Origin: an uncultured Bacilli bacterium
Lineage (GTDB): Bacteria; Bacillota_I; Bacilli_A; RF39; UBA660
Direction: 5' to 3'
Length of the DNA stretch: 64,000 nucleotides
Assembly (NCBI GenBank): GCA_934167875.1
Contig: CAKPMC010000004.1
Coordinates: 21,214-85,213, forward strand
Below the pieces are notes generated by a model. That model searched no databases. It was not told the origin of the DNA and saw only the letters and a program-made list of their open reading frames with translations. The position numbers and the translations under genes are program-made. Positions within the stretch are counted from its first letter, which is position 1; every line of letters starts with the position of its first letter. This document shows, piece after piece, positions 31,116 through 40,259 of the stretch.

Positions 31116-31976
31116 ATGAAAGGTAATTTTTCAATGACTATTAAAAAGTTCTTAACTAATAAGAACACTGTTACTATTGTTGGGGTACTATTAGCAATAG
31201 TAATTCTATATGTTGGATATAACTACCGTGTTAAATCAGCAATTAATCCAATTAAAGTACCATATGCAAAACAAACTATAAATCCTAAAACTAAAATAAC
31301 TAGTGATATGATAGGAAGTATTGAGGTACCACCATCAATGCTAAAAGGTAAAGCTATTACCGATGTATCAAAAATAGTTGGTAAGTATGTTAGTGCTGAT
31401 ACTATCATACCAGAAGGAAGCTTATTTTATAGCGCAGCTGTTAAATCAGCTAGCGAAATGCCAGATTCAATTATCTATAATTATCCAGATGGTTGGGTAT
31501 TAGTTAATATGAGTGTTAACACTACTAATACTTATGGTAATAAAATCTTCCCAGGTAATTACATTGATATATATGTAAAAGCCGTAAATAAAATAGATGA
31601 AGATAATATGACTAGTGAAACCAAAGATAAAATCATGGTTGGTAAATTATTAGAAAATGTTAAAGTAATCGATGTAGTAGATGCAAATGGTGATAGTGTA
31701 TTCGAAAATCTTGAAGATATTAAAACACCATCTCAAATCATCTTTGCTGTACCAGAAGAATATCATATCTTACTTCGTAAAGCTATGTATTTAAGAACAT
31801 ATGAAGTAACATTAATTCCAGTACCAACTGCTGAATCATTAAAAGAAAATCCTGGTGAAGTAACTATTTCTAATGAAGCTTTAAAGAATTTCATTAATAA
31901 AGTAACTGTTTGGGATATAAATGTAACAGAAGATAATAATGGAAACATTAATATAGATTTAAATGGAAATCAATAA
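31116..31976 (+). CDS. cpaB: Flp pilus assembly protein CpaB/RcpC-like (SAF-domain protein)
   Basis: N-terminal TM followed by a beta-rich SAF-like domain and a C-terminal domain. The 286-aa size and position upstream of the CpaF ATPase fit CpaB. Confidence 0.55.
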   Translation: MKGNFSMTIKKFLTNKNTVTIVGVLLAIVILYVGYNYRVKSAINPIKVPYAKQTINPKTKITSDMIGSIEVPPSMLKGKAITDVSKIVGKYVSADTIIPEGSLFYSAAVKSASEMPDSIIYNYPDGWVLVNMSVNTTNTYGNKIFPGNYIDIYVKAVNKIDEDNMTSETKDKIMVGKLLENVKVIDVVDANGDSVFENLEDIKTPSQIIFAVPEEYHILLRKAMYLRTYEVTLIPVPTAESLKENPGEVTISNEALKNFINKVTVWDINVTEDNNGNINIDLNGNQ

Positions 31977-32003
31977 TAAAAAGAATAAAAAGGGGAAAAT
32001 ATT

Positions 32004-33521
32004 ATGAAAGAGAATATGTTTGAGCAACTCGATTTTGGGGCTTTTAAAGAGTATATTGATAATGATGATATTACCGATATATCATATACAAATAATGGTC
32101 AAATTTGGCTACGTTCTTTGGAAAAAGGTTCTTATCGAGTAGAAAATCCCAATATAACTAATGCAGCTGTTGAAAAGTTAGCATTCCAATGTTCCAATGT
32201 TATGGGAACTACTTTCAATAATGCTAATCCCTTTTTGGATGCAGAAAGTCCTGAACTTCGTATGAACTTCGTTCACGAATCAATAGCTACTAATGGTATT
32301 GCTTTAGTTATTCGTAAAACTCCAGCTAAGATTCGTTTAAAAGAAGAAAACTTATTAAAAGAAGATTACGTAACTAAAGATATTCATGACTTTCTAATCC
32401 AATGTGTATTAGGACATTGTAATATAATTGTTTGTGGAGAAACTGGTAGTGGTAAAACTGAGTTTGTTAAATACTTAGCTAGCCATACTAAAGAAAATGA
32501 AAAAATAATAACCATCGAGGATACACTAGAACTTCACTTAGATAAAATATATCCACATCGTGATATAGTAGCTATGAAGACAAATAATATTGCTTCATAT
32601 TCTGATGTATTAGTTACCTGTATGAGACAAAATCCTAAATGGATACTATTATCAGAAGTACGTAGTGCTGAAGCCGTTAGTGCAGTTCGTAACTCAATAT
32701 CATCAGGACATAATATTTTATCAACAATCCACTCAGATAAAGCTAGTGCAATACCACATCGTATGTATTCACTTATGGAAACAGATATAGATGTAGAACA
32801 ATTCTTAAATACAATCTATCGTTATGTTCAACTTGGTGTACATATCAAAGCATATTATAGTCAGAAATATGGTAAGTTTCATCGTGAAATAGATGAAATA
32901 ACAGAATTTTATATTGATGAAGAAACTAATAAACCAATTTATAATACTATTTATCAAAAAACAATGACTGGTAAAGTAGTTAAGAAAAATCCAAGTAAAC
33001 ATTTACTTGACTATTTATTAGGACAAAATATTGATGTTAGTAATACTGCTTTTGGTGATGATGTAGGTAAGGAAAAAGATGGCGAAATTAACATGGATAA
33101 AATAGTAGAAGCTGAAAATAGTAACAGCGTTGAAACTAAACAGCCAGAAAATAAACCTATGCCAGTAGATACTAATGATAATCAAGCACCAGTTGAAGAA
33201 GGTAACAAACCAGTTATAAATAGTAGTAATAATTATGAAGTAAAAACACCAGTAATTAGTCCTGAAGTAAAACCTACAACTACTGAAATAAAACCACAAC
33301 CTTCAACTATACCAGTAACTAATACATTAGCTACAAATGATGTAGTACCACCTGTTATTCCTAACGTAGTATCAACACCAGACATAAAACCATCAGGTCC
33401 AATTAGACCTACACCAGATCAGGTAGTACAAATACCAAATCAAAATAATAATTCAAATATTAGTCAATTTTCAATAAATGACATCTTAGCAAATTCAGGA
33501 GATCATAGTAATAATCAGTAA
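32004..33521 (+). CDS. cpaF: Tad/Flp pilus assembly ATPase CpaF/TadA (VirB11/GspE superfamily) with ~140-aa Pro/Thr/Val-rich disordered C-terminal extension
   Basis: Walker A GETGSGKTEF, IEDTLEL (Asp box), Walker B ILLSEVR and a His box STIHS. The C-terminal 140 aa (PVEEGNKPVIN...KPTTTEIKPQPSTIPV...) is low complexity. Confidence 0.8.
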   Translation: MKENMFEQLDFGAFKEYIDNDDITDISYTNNGQIWLRSLEKGSYRVENPNITNAAVEKLAFQCSNVMGTTFNNANPFLDAESPELRMNFVHESIATNGIALVIRKTPAKIRLKEENLLKEDYVTKDIHDFLIQCVLGHCNIIVCGETGSGKTEFVKYLASHTKENEKIITIEDTLELHLDKIYPHRDIVAMKTNNIASYSDVLVTCMRQNPKWILLSEVRSAEAVSAVRNSISSGHNILSTIHSDKASAIPHRMYSLMETDIDVEQFLNTIYRYVQLGVHIKAYYSQKYGKFHREIDEITEFYIDEETNKPIYNTIYQKTMTGKVVKKNPSKHLLDYLLGQNIDVSNTAFGDDVGKEKDGEINMDKIVEAENSNSVETKQPENKPMPVDTNDNQAPVEEGNKPVINSSNNYEVKTPVISPEVKPTTTEIKPQPSTIPVTNTLATNDVVPPVIPNVVSTPDIKPSGPIRPTPDQVVQIPNQNNNSNISQFSINDILANSGDHSNNQ

Positions 33522-33532
33522 GGAGGGTAACT

Positions 33533-34426
33533 ATGGAACTACTTATTTTATTAGCCATTGCCTTATTTGTAATGTTATATAGACAATATCGTGGGCAAAA
33601 CGTATATAAATTCATAACAGAACAAGCAGGAATGGTATATGATAAATTTGCTCCTTATTCTTTTAAGGTAGTAAGAGAGAAAACTAAAGAATTAGGTCAG
33701 GAATATACACCAAAACAGTATATTCTTCAGAGTGTAGTATTTACTATATTTGCAGCGGTTATTTCTTATTTATATTTTTATAATATTTTTATATCCCTTA
33801 TATATGTAATAATAGCCAATGCATGTATTCCATACTTAGCTTACTTAAGATGTAAAAGAGTATATAGTGAATTTATATTTGAACAAATCCAAGTATATAC
33901 TACTAATACTATTATGGAATTTGCTACTACTCAAAGTTTTGTTAAATCACTAGAAGGAGTAGCAGCCAGTGGAGTATTAGAAGATCCAGTACTAACTGAT
34001 GTTAATATGATGATTTCTATGGCATATGAAAATGGTTCTATTGATGAATCAGTAGAATATATGAGTTCTAAATATCCATATTATATAGTTAAAAATATGC
34101 ATCAATTATTCTTACAGATTACTAAAGAAGGAGCTAAAGATTCAGGAGAATCACTTGAAAATATGCAACTTGATATCGATATGCTTGTTGAAAGTGTATA
34201 TCGTGATCGTATTGATAGAGCTAACTTCCATAAATCATTCTTAAAATATGGTGTTATGTTGTACTTAATGGTAATGCTAGTTCAATATCTGTTAGGAAAA
34301 GAAACCTATATAGCTATTTTAAGTAATCCACTTATGATATGTATTCTTCATGGTATTTTAATAATCAACAGTTATTTTCTTCTAAAAGGAGAAAAATATT
34401 ATAACGAGAATGTAGGTGGAGAATAA
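33533..34426 (+). CDS. tadB: Tad pilus assembly inner-membrane protein TadB-like (T2SS-F family)
   Basis: 297 aa. One N-terminal TM, a cytoplasmic helical domain, then 2-3 C-terminal TMs. Directly follows cpaF. Confidence 0.6.
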   Translation: MELLILLAIALFVMLYRQYRGQNVYKFITEQAGMVYDKFAPYSFKVVREKTKELGQEYTPKQYILQSVVFTIFAAVISYLYFYNIFISLIYVIIANACIPYLAYLRCKRVYSEFIFEQIQVYTTNTIMEFATTQSFVKSLEGVAASGVLEDPVLTDVNMMISMAYENGSIDESVEYMSSKYPYYIVKNMHQLFLQITKEGAKDSGESLENMQLDIDMLVESVYRDRIDRANFHKSFLKYGVMLYLMVMLVQYLLGKETYIAILSNPLMICILHGILIINSYFLLKGEKYYNENVGGE

Positions 34427-35211
34427 TGGAAGTAATTATTTGTGGAGCTCTTATCTTAGGAGTATTACTTTATAATAAAACAGTAGATGGTAAAAAGTTT
34501 GTTCAAGATAATCAAGATATTTTCTACTTACTAAAAGAAAGTGATTATGACTTCTTAGTAGCTGCCAAATATGGTGAAAAAGTTGATCCTAATGTTTTAT
34601 TTAATAAAAGATTAAAAATGGCTTTTATTACTATGGTAATATTTCTATTTATATTTTTAACAGAATTATCAGTTCTTAATGTTGTTTTATCATTATTTGT
34701 TGGTTATATTGTTTTTAAATCTAATTATACATCTTTAAAAAAGTATTATAAGAAACATTTACATGATATAGATGTAATGTTGCCATACTATTTAAAGGGT
34801 CTAGAAATTTTAATTCAACATTATACTGTACCAGTAGCATTAGCTAAATCAATAGATGATGCACCAGAAATATTTAAACCTGGACTAAGAAATCTAATTG
34901 CTAAAATTGATGCAGGTGATTATAGTATTGATCCATATATGGAATTTGCTAATGAGTATCCTGTTAGAGATTCAATGCGTATGATGAGATTACTATACCG
35001 TTTAGGTTTAGGTAAACAAGAAGATAAACAAGAAAGATTATTAATGTTTTCAAGAACAGTTTCTAACTTACAAGCTAAGGCAAGAGAAACCAAGTATAAA
35101 GAAAGATTAAATCATATGGAAAGTCAAACTATGATAATGCTAGTAGCAACAGGTGCTGGTGTTATGGTACTTATCCTAATATCTATGCTTTATATGTTCC
35201 AGAATATTTAG
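34426..35211 (+). CDS. tadC: Tad pilus assembly inner-membrane protein TadC-like (T2SS-F family)
   Basis: 261 aa with the same topology as the preceding gene. Its start abuts the tadB stop. Confidence 0.6.
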   Translation: MEVIICGALILGVLLYNKTVDGKKFVQDNQDIFYLLKESDYDFLVAAKYGEKVDPNVLFNKRLKMAFITMVIFLFIFLTELSVLNVVLSLFVGYIVFKSNYTSLKKYYKKHLHDIDVMLPYYLKGLEILIQHYTVPVALAKSIDDAPEIFKPGLRNLIAKIDAGDYSIDPYMEFANEYPVRDSMRMMRLLYRLGLGKQEDKQERLLMFSRTVSNLQAKARETKYKERLNHMESQTMIMLVATGAGVMVLILISMLYMFQNI

Positions 35212-35218
35212 TATAATA

Positions 35219-35246
35219 AAAGTCAGAGTAATAGCTCTGACTTTTG
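35219..35246 (+). terminator. rho-independent terminator after tadC-like gene
   Basis: agtcagag-taatag-ctctgact followed by TTTT. Confidence 0.6.
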
Positions 35247-35276
35247 GATATAATTATGCATTAAAAGGAGTAGTAC

Positions 35277-36590
35277 ATGAACAAAAAAAATATATTGATA
35301 TATTTAACTTTTGTAATACTATTAATCATTGTCTCATGTTTATCTCAAACGGAATTAGATGGAGTTTGGGGTTATGGTTTTAGTTACAACATAGCTAGTG
35401 GACTTATTCCATATAGAGACTTTAATATGGTAGTAGGTCCATTATATAGTATTATTTTTTCAATATTTATAAAAATATTTGGGAATTATTTTTTAGTATT
35501 TTCTATACAAAGTGCACTTATATATGGATTAATTATGTTACCAATATATAAAAAGATAGGTTGGAAATCCATTTATATAATATTACTACTGGGATGTTGT
35601 TTAACAACTTTTGGTTATAATACTTTTTGTGCCATGTTAGTATTACTAATAATGTGTATAGAAGATAGTGATTATAAGTATAAAACAATGCTAACAGGAA
35701 TATTAATTGGTACAATAATAATGACAAAACACAATATTGGTATTTGCTTATTATTAGTATTTTTATTAATTAATTATAAAAAGAAACTACAAGTTTTAAG
35801 TGTTTTAATTCCAATAATTCCAACAATTATTTATTTAATTGTCAACAATACCTTTTATTCATATATTGATTTTTGTTATCTTGGACTTGGTAAATTTTTA
35901 GATAATTTATATATAGATATTTTCACAATTCCTATAATAATTTATGTCATATATTTTATAATAAAAAATTATAGAATAAATAAAGATAAAATAATTCTTT
36001 ATTTATTAGCATTTCAAGTAATGGTATTTCCAATATTTGATCAGGGGCATATTTTACCAGCATTGATTCCATTTACATACTATATATTTGCTAAAAACGA
36101 ATATCCAAAAGTAAAATTTTATTTAAGCTATTTTATTATAATAGGAATATCAGTTAATACTATTTCCAACTTAGTATTAACAAAAGTATATATGAATAAT
36201 GATTATTTATTTTTACAAAGAGTAAAAACTGAAACCATAACATATCTTGATAATTACTCAAAATACCTAGAGAAAAACAAAGATAAAAAAATATATTTAT
36301 TACTAGATAATGCATATTTAATAAAAATATATCGCAATGAAAATCCAACTTTTTATGATTTAATAAATATGGGAAATTTAGGTAGTAATGAGCAAAAGTA
36401 TATAGACAATATGTCAAAGGAATGTGCTAATAAGAAGTGTATGTTTATTTTAGATAAAAGATACTTTGTAAAAAAATTATATGGTGAACAAAGATCAGAA
36501 ACATTTAAAAAATATACCATAAATAATGCTAATTATTTAGAAACATTACCATCTGGAGATAGAGTATATGTTAATTATGTAAATGAATAA
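35277..36590 (+). CDS. polytopic membrane protein (about 11 TM) with C-terminal soluble domain; possible GT-C-like glycosyltransferase within the Tad cluster
   Basis: 437 aa. The first extracytoplasmic loop has ELDGVWGYGFSYN...PYRDF. Extremely AT-rich. Confidence 0.3.
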   Translation: MNKKNILIYLTFVILLIIVSCLSQTELDGVWGYGFSYNIASGLIPYRDFNMVVGPLYSIIFSIFIKIFGNYFLVFSIQSALIYGLIMLPIYKKIGWKSIYIILLLGCCLTTFGYNTFCAMLVLLIMCIEDSDYKYKTMLTGILIGTIIMTKHNIGICLLLVFLLINYKKKLQVLSVLIPIIPTIIYLIVNNTFYSYIDFCYLGLGKFLDNLYIDIFTIPIIIYVIYFIIKNYRINKDKIILYLLAFQVMVFPIFDQGHILPALIPFTYYIFAKNEYPKVKFYLSYFIIIGISVNTISNLVLTKVYMNNDYLFLQRVKTETITYLDNYSKYLEKNKDKKIYLLLDNAYLIKIYRNENPTFYDLINMGNLGSNEQKYIDNMSKECANKKCMFILDKRYFVKKLYGEQRSETFKKYTINNANYLETLPSGDRVYVNYVNE

Positions 36591-36672
36591 TATAAAAAAA
36601 ATTAAAAAATATAGTAAAGTTTAAAAAATATGATATAATAAAAATGTATATATAATAAAGGAGGAGTTATTA

Positions 36673-36858
36673 ATGAAAGAAGCAACTGGAGAATTAAATA
36701 TGACAGTAGTTACTATTATAGCTATAGGTGCAGTAATTGCATTCTTCTGGTTCATGTGGCCACAAATAAGAAATACTATTCAAGGAACTTGGAATGGTAT
36801 AGATTCAGGAAAAGATTGCATTAAAAATCCAGATAGTTGTAATACAAAAGCTGAATAA
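36673..36858 (+). CDS. Flp-type pilin candidate (61 aa, single TM, C-terminal Cys pair)
   Basis: MKEATGELNMTVVTIIAIGAVIAFFWFMW... is a short polar leader ending in Gly, followed by a hydrophobic helix. Strong AAGGAGGAG RBS. Confidence 0.4.
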   Translation: MKEATGELNMTVVTIIAIGAVIAFFWFMWPQIRNTIQGTWNGIDSGKDCIKNPDSCNTKAE

Positions 36859-36893
36859 TATAAAGATTTAATTGTTAGAAAAGCGGTGATAGT

Positions 36894-37415
36894 GTGAAAG
36901 ATGCTATAAGTGGTGCATTGACACTACAAATAATTTTAATATTTATGATTATTATTAATTGTTACTTAGCTTTTAGTGTTAATTACACTAAAGCTTTTCG
37001 TATTAAGAATGAAATACGTAACATTATTGAAAAGAACGAAGGATTAACCTGTTCAGCAGTAAATCAAATAAATGATTTAATGTTGAAGGTTAATTATGGC
37101 GTTCAAAGCGGTGAAAGAAAATGCCCTGAAGATTATGAAACAGCAGCACTAAATAATGGATTATTCTGTTATAAATACCAAAAAGTAGATGTAACAGGTA
37201 CATCAAATCAAGGTTCAACATATAAAGGAGCTTATTATACGGTACTAACATTTGTTGATGTAGATATACCAATATTTAATAAAATATTTCCTGAAATAGC
37301 TCTTTTAAATGAAACTTTCACAAGTAAAGGTGAAACATCATTGATTTACTCTTCAGGAGAAATTGGTAGTGGATTACCAGATGATTGTTCAAAAAGTTCC
37401 ACTGCTAGCGAATAG
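36894..37415 (+). CDS. TadE-like pseudopilin candidate
   Basis: MKDAISG/ALTLQIILIFMIIINCYLAFSV N-terminus of prepilin-like topology, followed by a 140-aa hydrophilic domain. GTG start. Confidence 0.4.
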   Translation: MKDAISGALTLQIILIFMIIINCYLAFSVNYTKAFRIKNEIRNIIEKNEGLTCSAVNQINDLMLKVNYGVQSGERKCPEDYETAALNNGLFCYKYQKVDVTGTSNQGSTYKGAYYTVLTFVDVDIPIFNKIFPEIALLNETFTSKGETSLIYSSGEIGSGLPDDCSKSSTASE

Positions 37416-37429
37416 AAAAAGGTGAAATT

Positions 37430-38404
37430 ATGAATGTAATTATATCTAATGAAAGACAAGCAGAATTAGCAAACCTAGATATTGAAATTATAAAATCTAT
37501 TCATGGCGTATTTGAAGTAGATGAGTTAATTCAAATGTTTTCTAATTTCTTCTTTGGAAGAATGATACTTGATTTAACTGCATTAAAAGACTATAAAGAT
37601 GTACGTAATTTACAGAAATTATCAATGTCATTAGATGTTGAAAAAATTATAGTTTTACTTCCAGATACACCAGAGTGTTTAGCACCTAGATTCCTATCTA
37701 GATTAATTTCAATGGGAATCTATAACTTCACCACTAATATAGATGGCGTTAATTATCTATTAACTAATCCAAATACATATCGTGATGTTGCTCATCTACA
37801 TCAAATTGATGAACAACCAGAACCACAAGTTATAAACAATGTTGGAGTAGCTATGGGTGGTAACAGTAGTACAATTTTATCTACTGGTGGAAATTATATT
37901 TTAGGAATTAAAAATGTAACCGAACATTCAGGTGCTACTATGTTAACATATATGCTTAAAAATGTTATTAAGGATATGGGAAGAAGTTCATTAGCAATAG
38001 AAGTTGATAAACGAGATTTTGTTTACTTCAATGATAAAGATATGATATCTATAGATAATGCTAATCTAGCTAATGAAGTTTTAAAGCATAGAGATACCAA
38101 TGTAATTATAATTGATTTAAATAAAGAAGGCAGTGAAGATGTATGTAATGAAGTACTATACTTAATTGAACCTTCTACTATTAAATTAAATAAATTAATG
38201 AGAAGAGATCGTAAAGCTTTTGAAAAATTAGCAGGCAAAAAAGTAATCCTTTCTCAAAGTATCTTATCAGATAGTGATATCAAAGAATTTGAATATGAAG
38301 CAAATATAAAAGTTTTCTTTGTTATGCCACCATTAGATGAGAGAAGCAAAAATACCGAAGTTTTACAAGATTTACTAGCTAGACTTGGAATAAGCAACTA
38401 CTAG
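37430..38404 (+). CDS. TadZ/CpaE-like protein: N-terminal receiver-like domain plus ParA/MinD-fold domain with degenerate Walker A
   Basis: The N-terminus has a CheY-like alternating pattern (KIIVLLPDTPE). The GVAMGGNSST segment replaces the KGGxGKT P-loop, and VIIIDLNKEGS is a Walker-B-like hhhhD segment. Confidence 0.4.
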   Translation: MNVIISNERQAELANLDIEIIKSIHGVFEVDELIQMFSNFFFGRMILDLTALKDYKDVRNLQKLSMSLDVEKIIVLLPDTPECLAPRFLSRLISMGIYNFTTNIDGVNYLLTNPNTYRDVAHLHQIDEQPEPQVINNVGVAMGGNSSTILSTGGNYILGIKNVTEHSGATMLTYMLKNVIKDMGRSSLAIEVDKRDFVYFNDKDMISIDNANLANEVLKHRDTNVIIIDLNKEGSEDVCNEVLYLIEPSTIKLNKLMRRDRKAFEKLAGKKVILSQSILSDSDIKEFEYEANIKVFFVMPPLDERSKNTEVLQDLLARLGISNY

Positions 38405-38407
38405 TAA

Positions 38408-38436
38408 TTGTCAAAAAATGTAAATAATTTTATAAT
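38408..38436 (+). promoter_or_regulatory. sigma-A promoter (TTGTCA - 17 nt - TATAAT), with a second TTGACT-17-TATTAT just downstream
   Basis: Near-consensus hexamers immediately upstream of the VirB2-like gene. Confidence 0.5.
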
Positions 38437-38496
38437 ATATTGACTAATAAAGCCAATTATTATATTATTTAATTAGTATTAAGGAGGGAATTTGTT

Positions 38497-38826
38497 ATGA
38501 ATTTAGTACAAATAATGTCTTGTCCTAGTGACTTAGTTCCTATTTTTAAATTTTTAAAGAATGGAATTTATCCTATTATCCAAATAGGTATCCCAATCAT
38601 TTTAATTATTATGGGAAGTATTGATTTAGGAAAAGCTGTAATGTCTAGTGATGATAAAGAAATCAAAGGAGCAACAAGCAAGTTAATCAAACGTGCAATT
38701 GCTGCTGTAGCTGTATTCTTTGTTACAACAATCGTTTCATTATTAATGAATTTGTTTGCTTCATCTGGTTCTGATATTGATACAGGTTCAACAAACTGGG
38801 CAGATTGCTGGACAAAATTAGATTAA
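38497..38826 (+). CDS. small two-TM protein, VirB2/TrbC-pilin-like T4SS subunit candidate
   Basis: 109 aa with two hydrophobic helices separated by a charged loop (GSIDLGKAVMSSDDKEIKGATSKLIKR). Flanked by a strong promoter and terminator. Paralogous to the C-terminus of the next gene. Confidence 0.45.
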   Translation: MNLVQIMSCPSDLVPIFKFLKNGIYPIIQIGIPIILIIMGSIDLGKAVMSSDDKEIKGATSKLIKRAIAAVAVFFVTTIVSLLMNLFASSGSDIDTGSTNWADCWTKLD

Positions 38827-38842
38827 TAAATTGAATTAAAAT

Positions 38843-38875
38843 AATAGTAAAATCATTTTACTATTATTTTTTTTA
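38843..38875 (+). terminator. rho-independent terminator after the VirB2-like gene
   Basis: aatagtaaaa-tca-ttttactatt followed by ATTTTTTTT. Confidence 0.7.
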
Positions 38876-38921
38876 TGATATAATTACCTTGGTATATTAT
38901 AATTTCAAGGAGTGTAACTTT

Positions 38922-40259
38922 ATGAAAAAACTTAACAAAATCATATTTTATTCAATATTTTTAACTTTTTTAATAATCACAAATGGTGATAACGTATATG
39001 CAGATGTAGCTTGGCCAGGAGTAGATAGCAGCCAAATACCAAGTAATTATAAAGGCATGGAGTATTGTGTTTATACAACCCAGAATGTTTATTTAGATAC
39101 TTCTGGATTTGAAAAACTTAGTAAATGGTATTCAAATAAAAGTTACATTTTAATTCATGATAGTAAAAATAATGAAATTAAATTTTTAGACAGAAAAGGT
39201 ACAGTAGTAACTACAGCAAGTGAATATGCCTGGGCAACTGGTGGAATTAATCAAAATATATATTTTTCACAAAATTTATATAACTATTTAGTACCAAATG
39301 GGGAATTACAGTGTAAGAAACTATATTTTTATGAACGAAAAAAAGGTTCAAATTTATTTTCAAATTCAGGTTCACTCGAAATATTAACAGATGTCAGTGA
39401 ATATTTTGGAGCAAATTATAATAGTGAGGATTATGGAGTTCAAATTCTACAGCAAACTGGTGTTGAGGGAACAAGATACGGTGAAAATTGGTGTAAAGTT
39501 AATTATGAAAAATTAAAAGCTATTACTGAACCATATTATAGTCAAATTGATTCAATTAATAATGCATACTATCAAATGTCAGAACAAAAAGAATATCAAA
39601 TTGGTGATGCCAAAAAAGGAAAAGAGTATTTAGCATCTGCTAAAGCTCTAAATGAAAATGCACGAAATGCTATTGCTGATTTGCACTTAAATGATCAAAA
39701 TAGTGATGTTAATGTTTCTAATTGTGATGCCACTTTTAATAATGAATATCAAAAAATAATTCAAAACTTAGAGTCTGCTTTGAAACAATTTAGTACATAC
39801 CAAAGAACTATAAATAGTAAACTAACCTCAGCTAAAAATAGCGGTAAGATTACGGAAGAGGAATATAAAAAAGAAAAAGAAGAAATGGATGGTCTAAAAA
39901 CAGAAACAGATACAGCATTAGAAGAGTGGGAAGAATATCGAAAAAATATTAATTTTGGTAAAAAGATAGAAGATGCTGGTTGCGAAGGGTTGCTTGGAAA
40001 AGATCTATTAGATGACATTTCTCAAGTATTAACGTGGGTAAGAATTGCAGTACCTATTTTAGTTATCTTACTTGGAAGTACTGATTTCGCAAGAGCAGTA
40101 TTATCAGATGATCAGCAAGAGTTAAAAAAGGCAACTAGCAGATTTGCTAAACGTTGTATTATTGCTGTAGCTATTTTCTTCATACCATCTATAATAATGT
40201 ATTTATTAAGTTTCATAGATAAAATATATGATGTCTCTTGTGACATAAGGTTATGGTGA
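38922..40259 (+). CDS. secreted coiled-coil protein fused to a C-terminal VirB2-like two-TM domain
   Basis: Signal peptide, a central E/K-rich coiled coil, and a C-terminus LGSTDFARAVLSDDQQELKKATSRFAKRCIIAVAIFFIPSII that is paralogous to the 109-aa protein (MGSIDLGKAVMSSDDKEIKGATSKLIKRAIAAVAVFFVTTIV). Start placed at MKKLNK after an AAGGAG RBS. Confidence 0.5.
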   Translation: MKKLNKIIFYSIFLTFLIITNGDNVYADVAWPGVDSSQIPSNYKGMEYCVYTTQNVYLDTSGFEKLSKWYSNKSYILIHDSKNNEIKFLDRKGTVVTTASEYAWATGGINQNIYFSQNLYNYLVPNGELQCKKLYFYERKKGSNLFSNSGSLEILTDVSEYFGANYNSEDYGVQILQQTGVEGTRYGENWCKVNYEKLKAITEPYYSQIDSINNAYYQMSEQKEYQIGDAKKGKEYLASAKALNENARNAIADLHLNDQNSDVNVSNCDATFNNEYQKIIQNLESALKQFSTYQRTINSKLTSAKNSGKITEEEYKKEKEEMDGLKTETDTALEEWEEYRKNINFGKKIEDAGCEGLLGKDLLDDISQVLTWVRIAVPILVILLGSTDFARAVLSDDQQELKKATSRFAKRCIIAVAIFFIPSIIMYLLSFIDKIYDVSCDIRLW

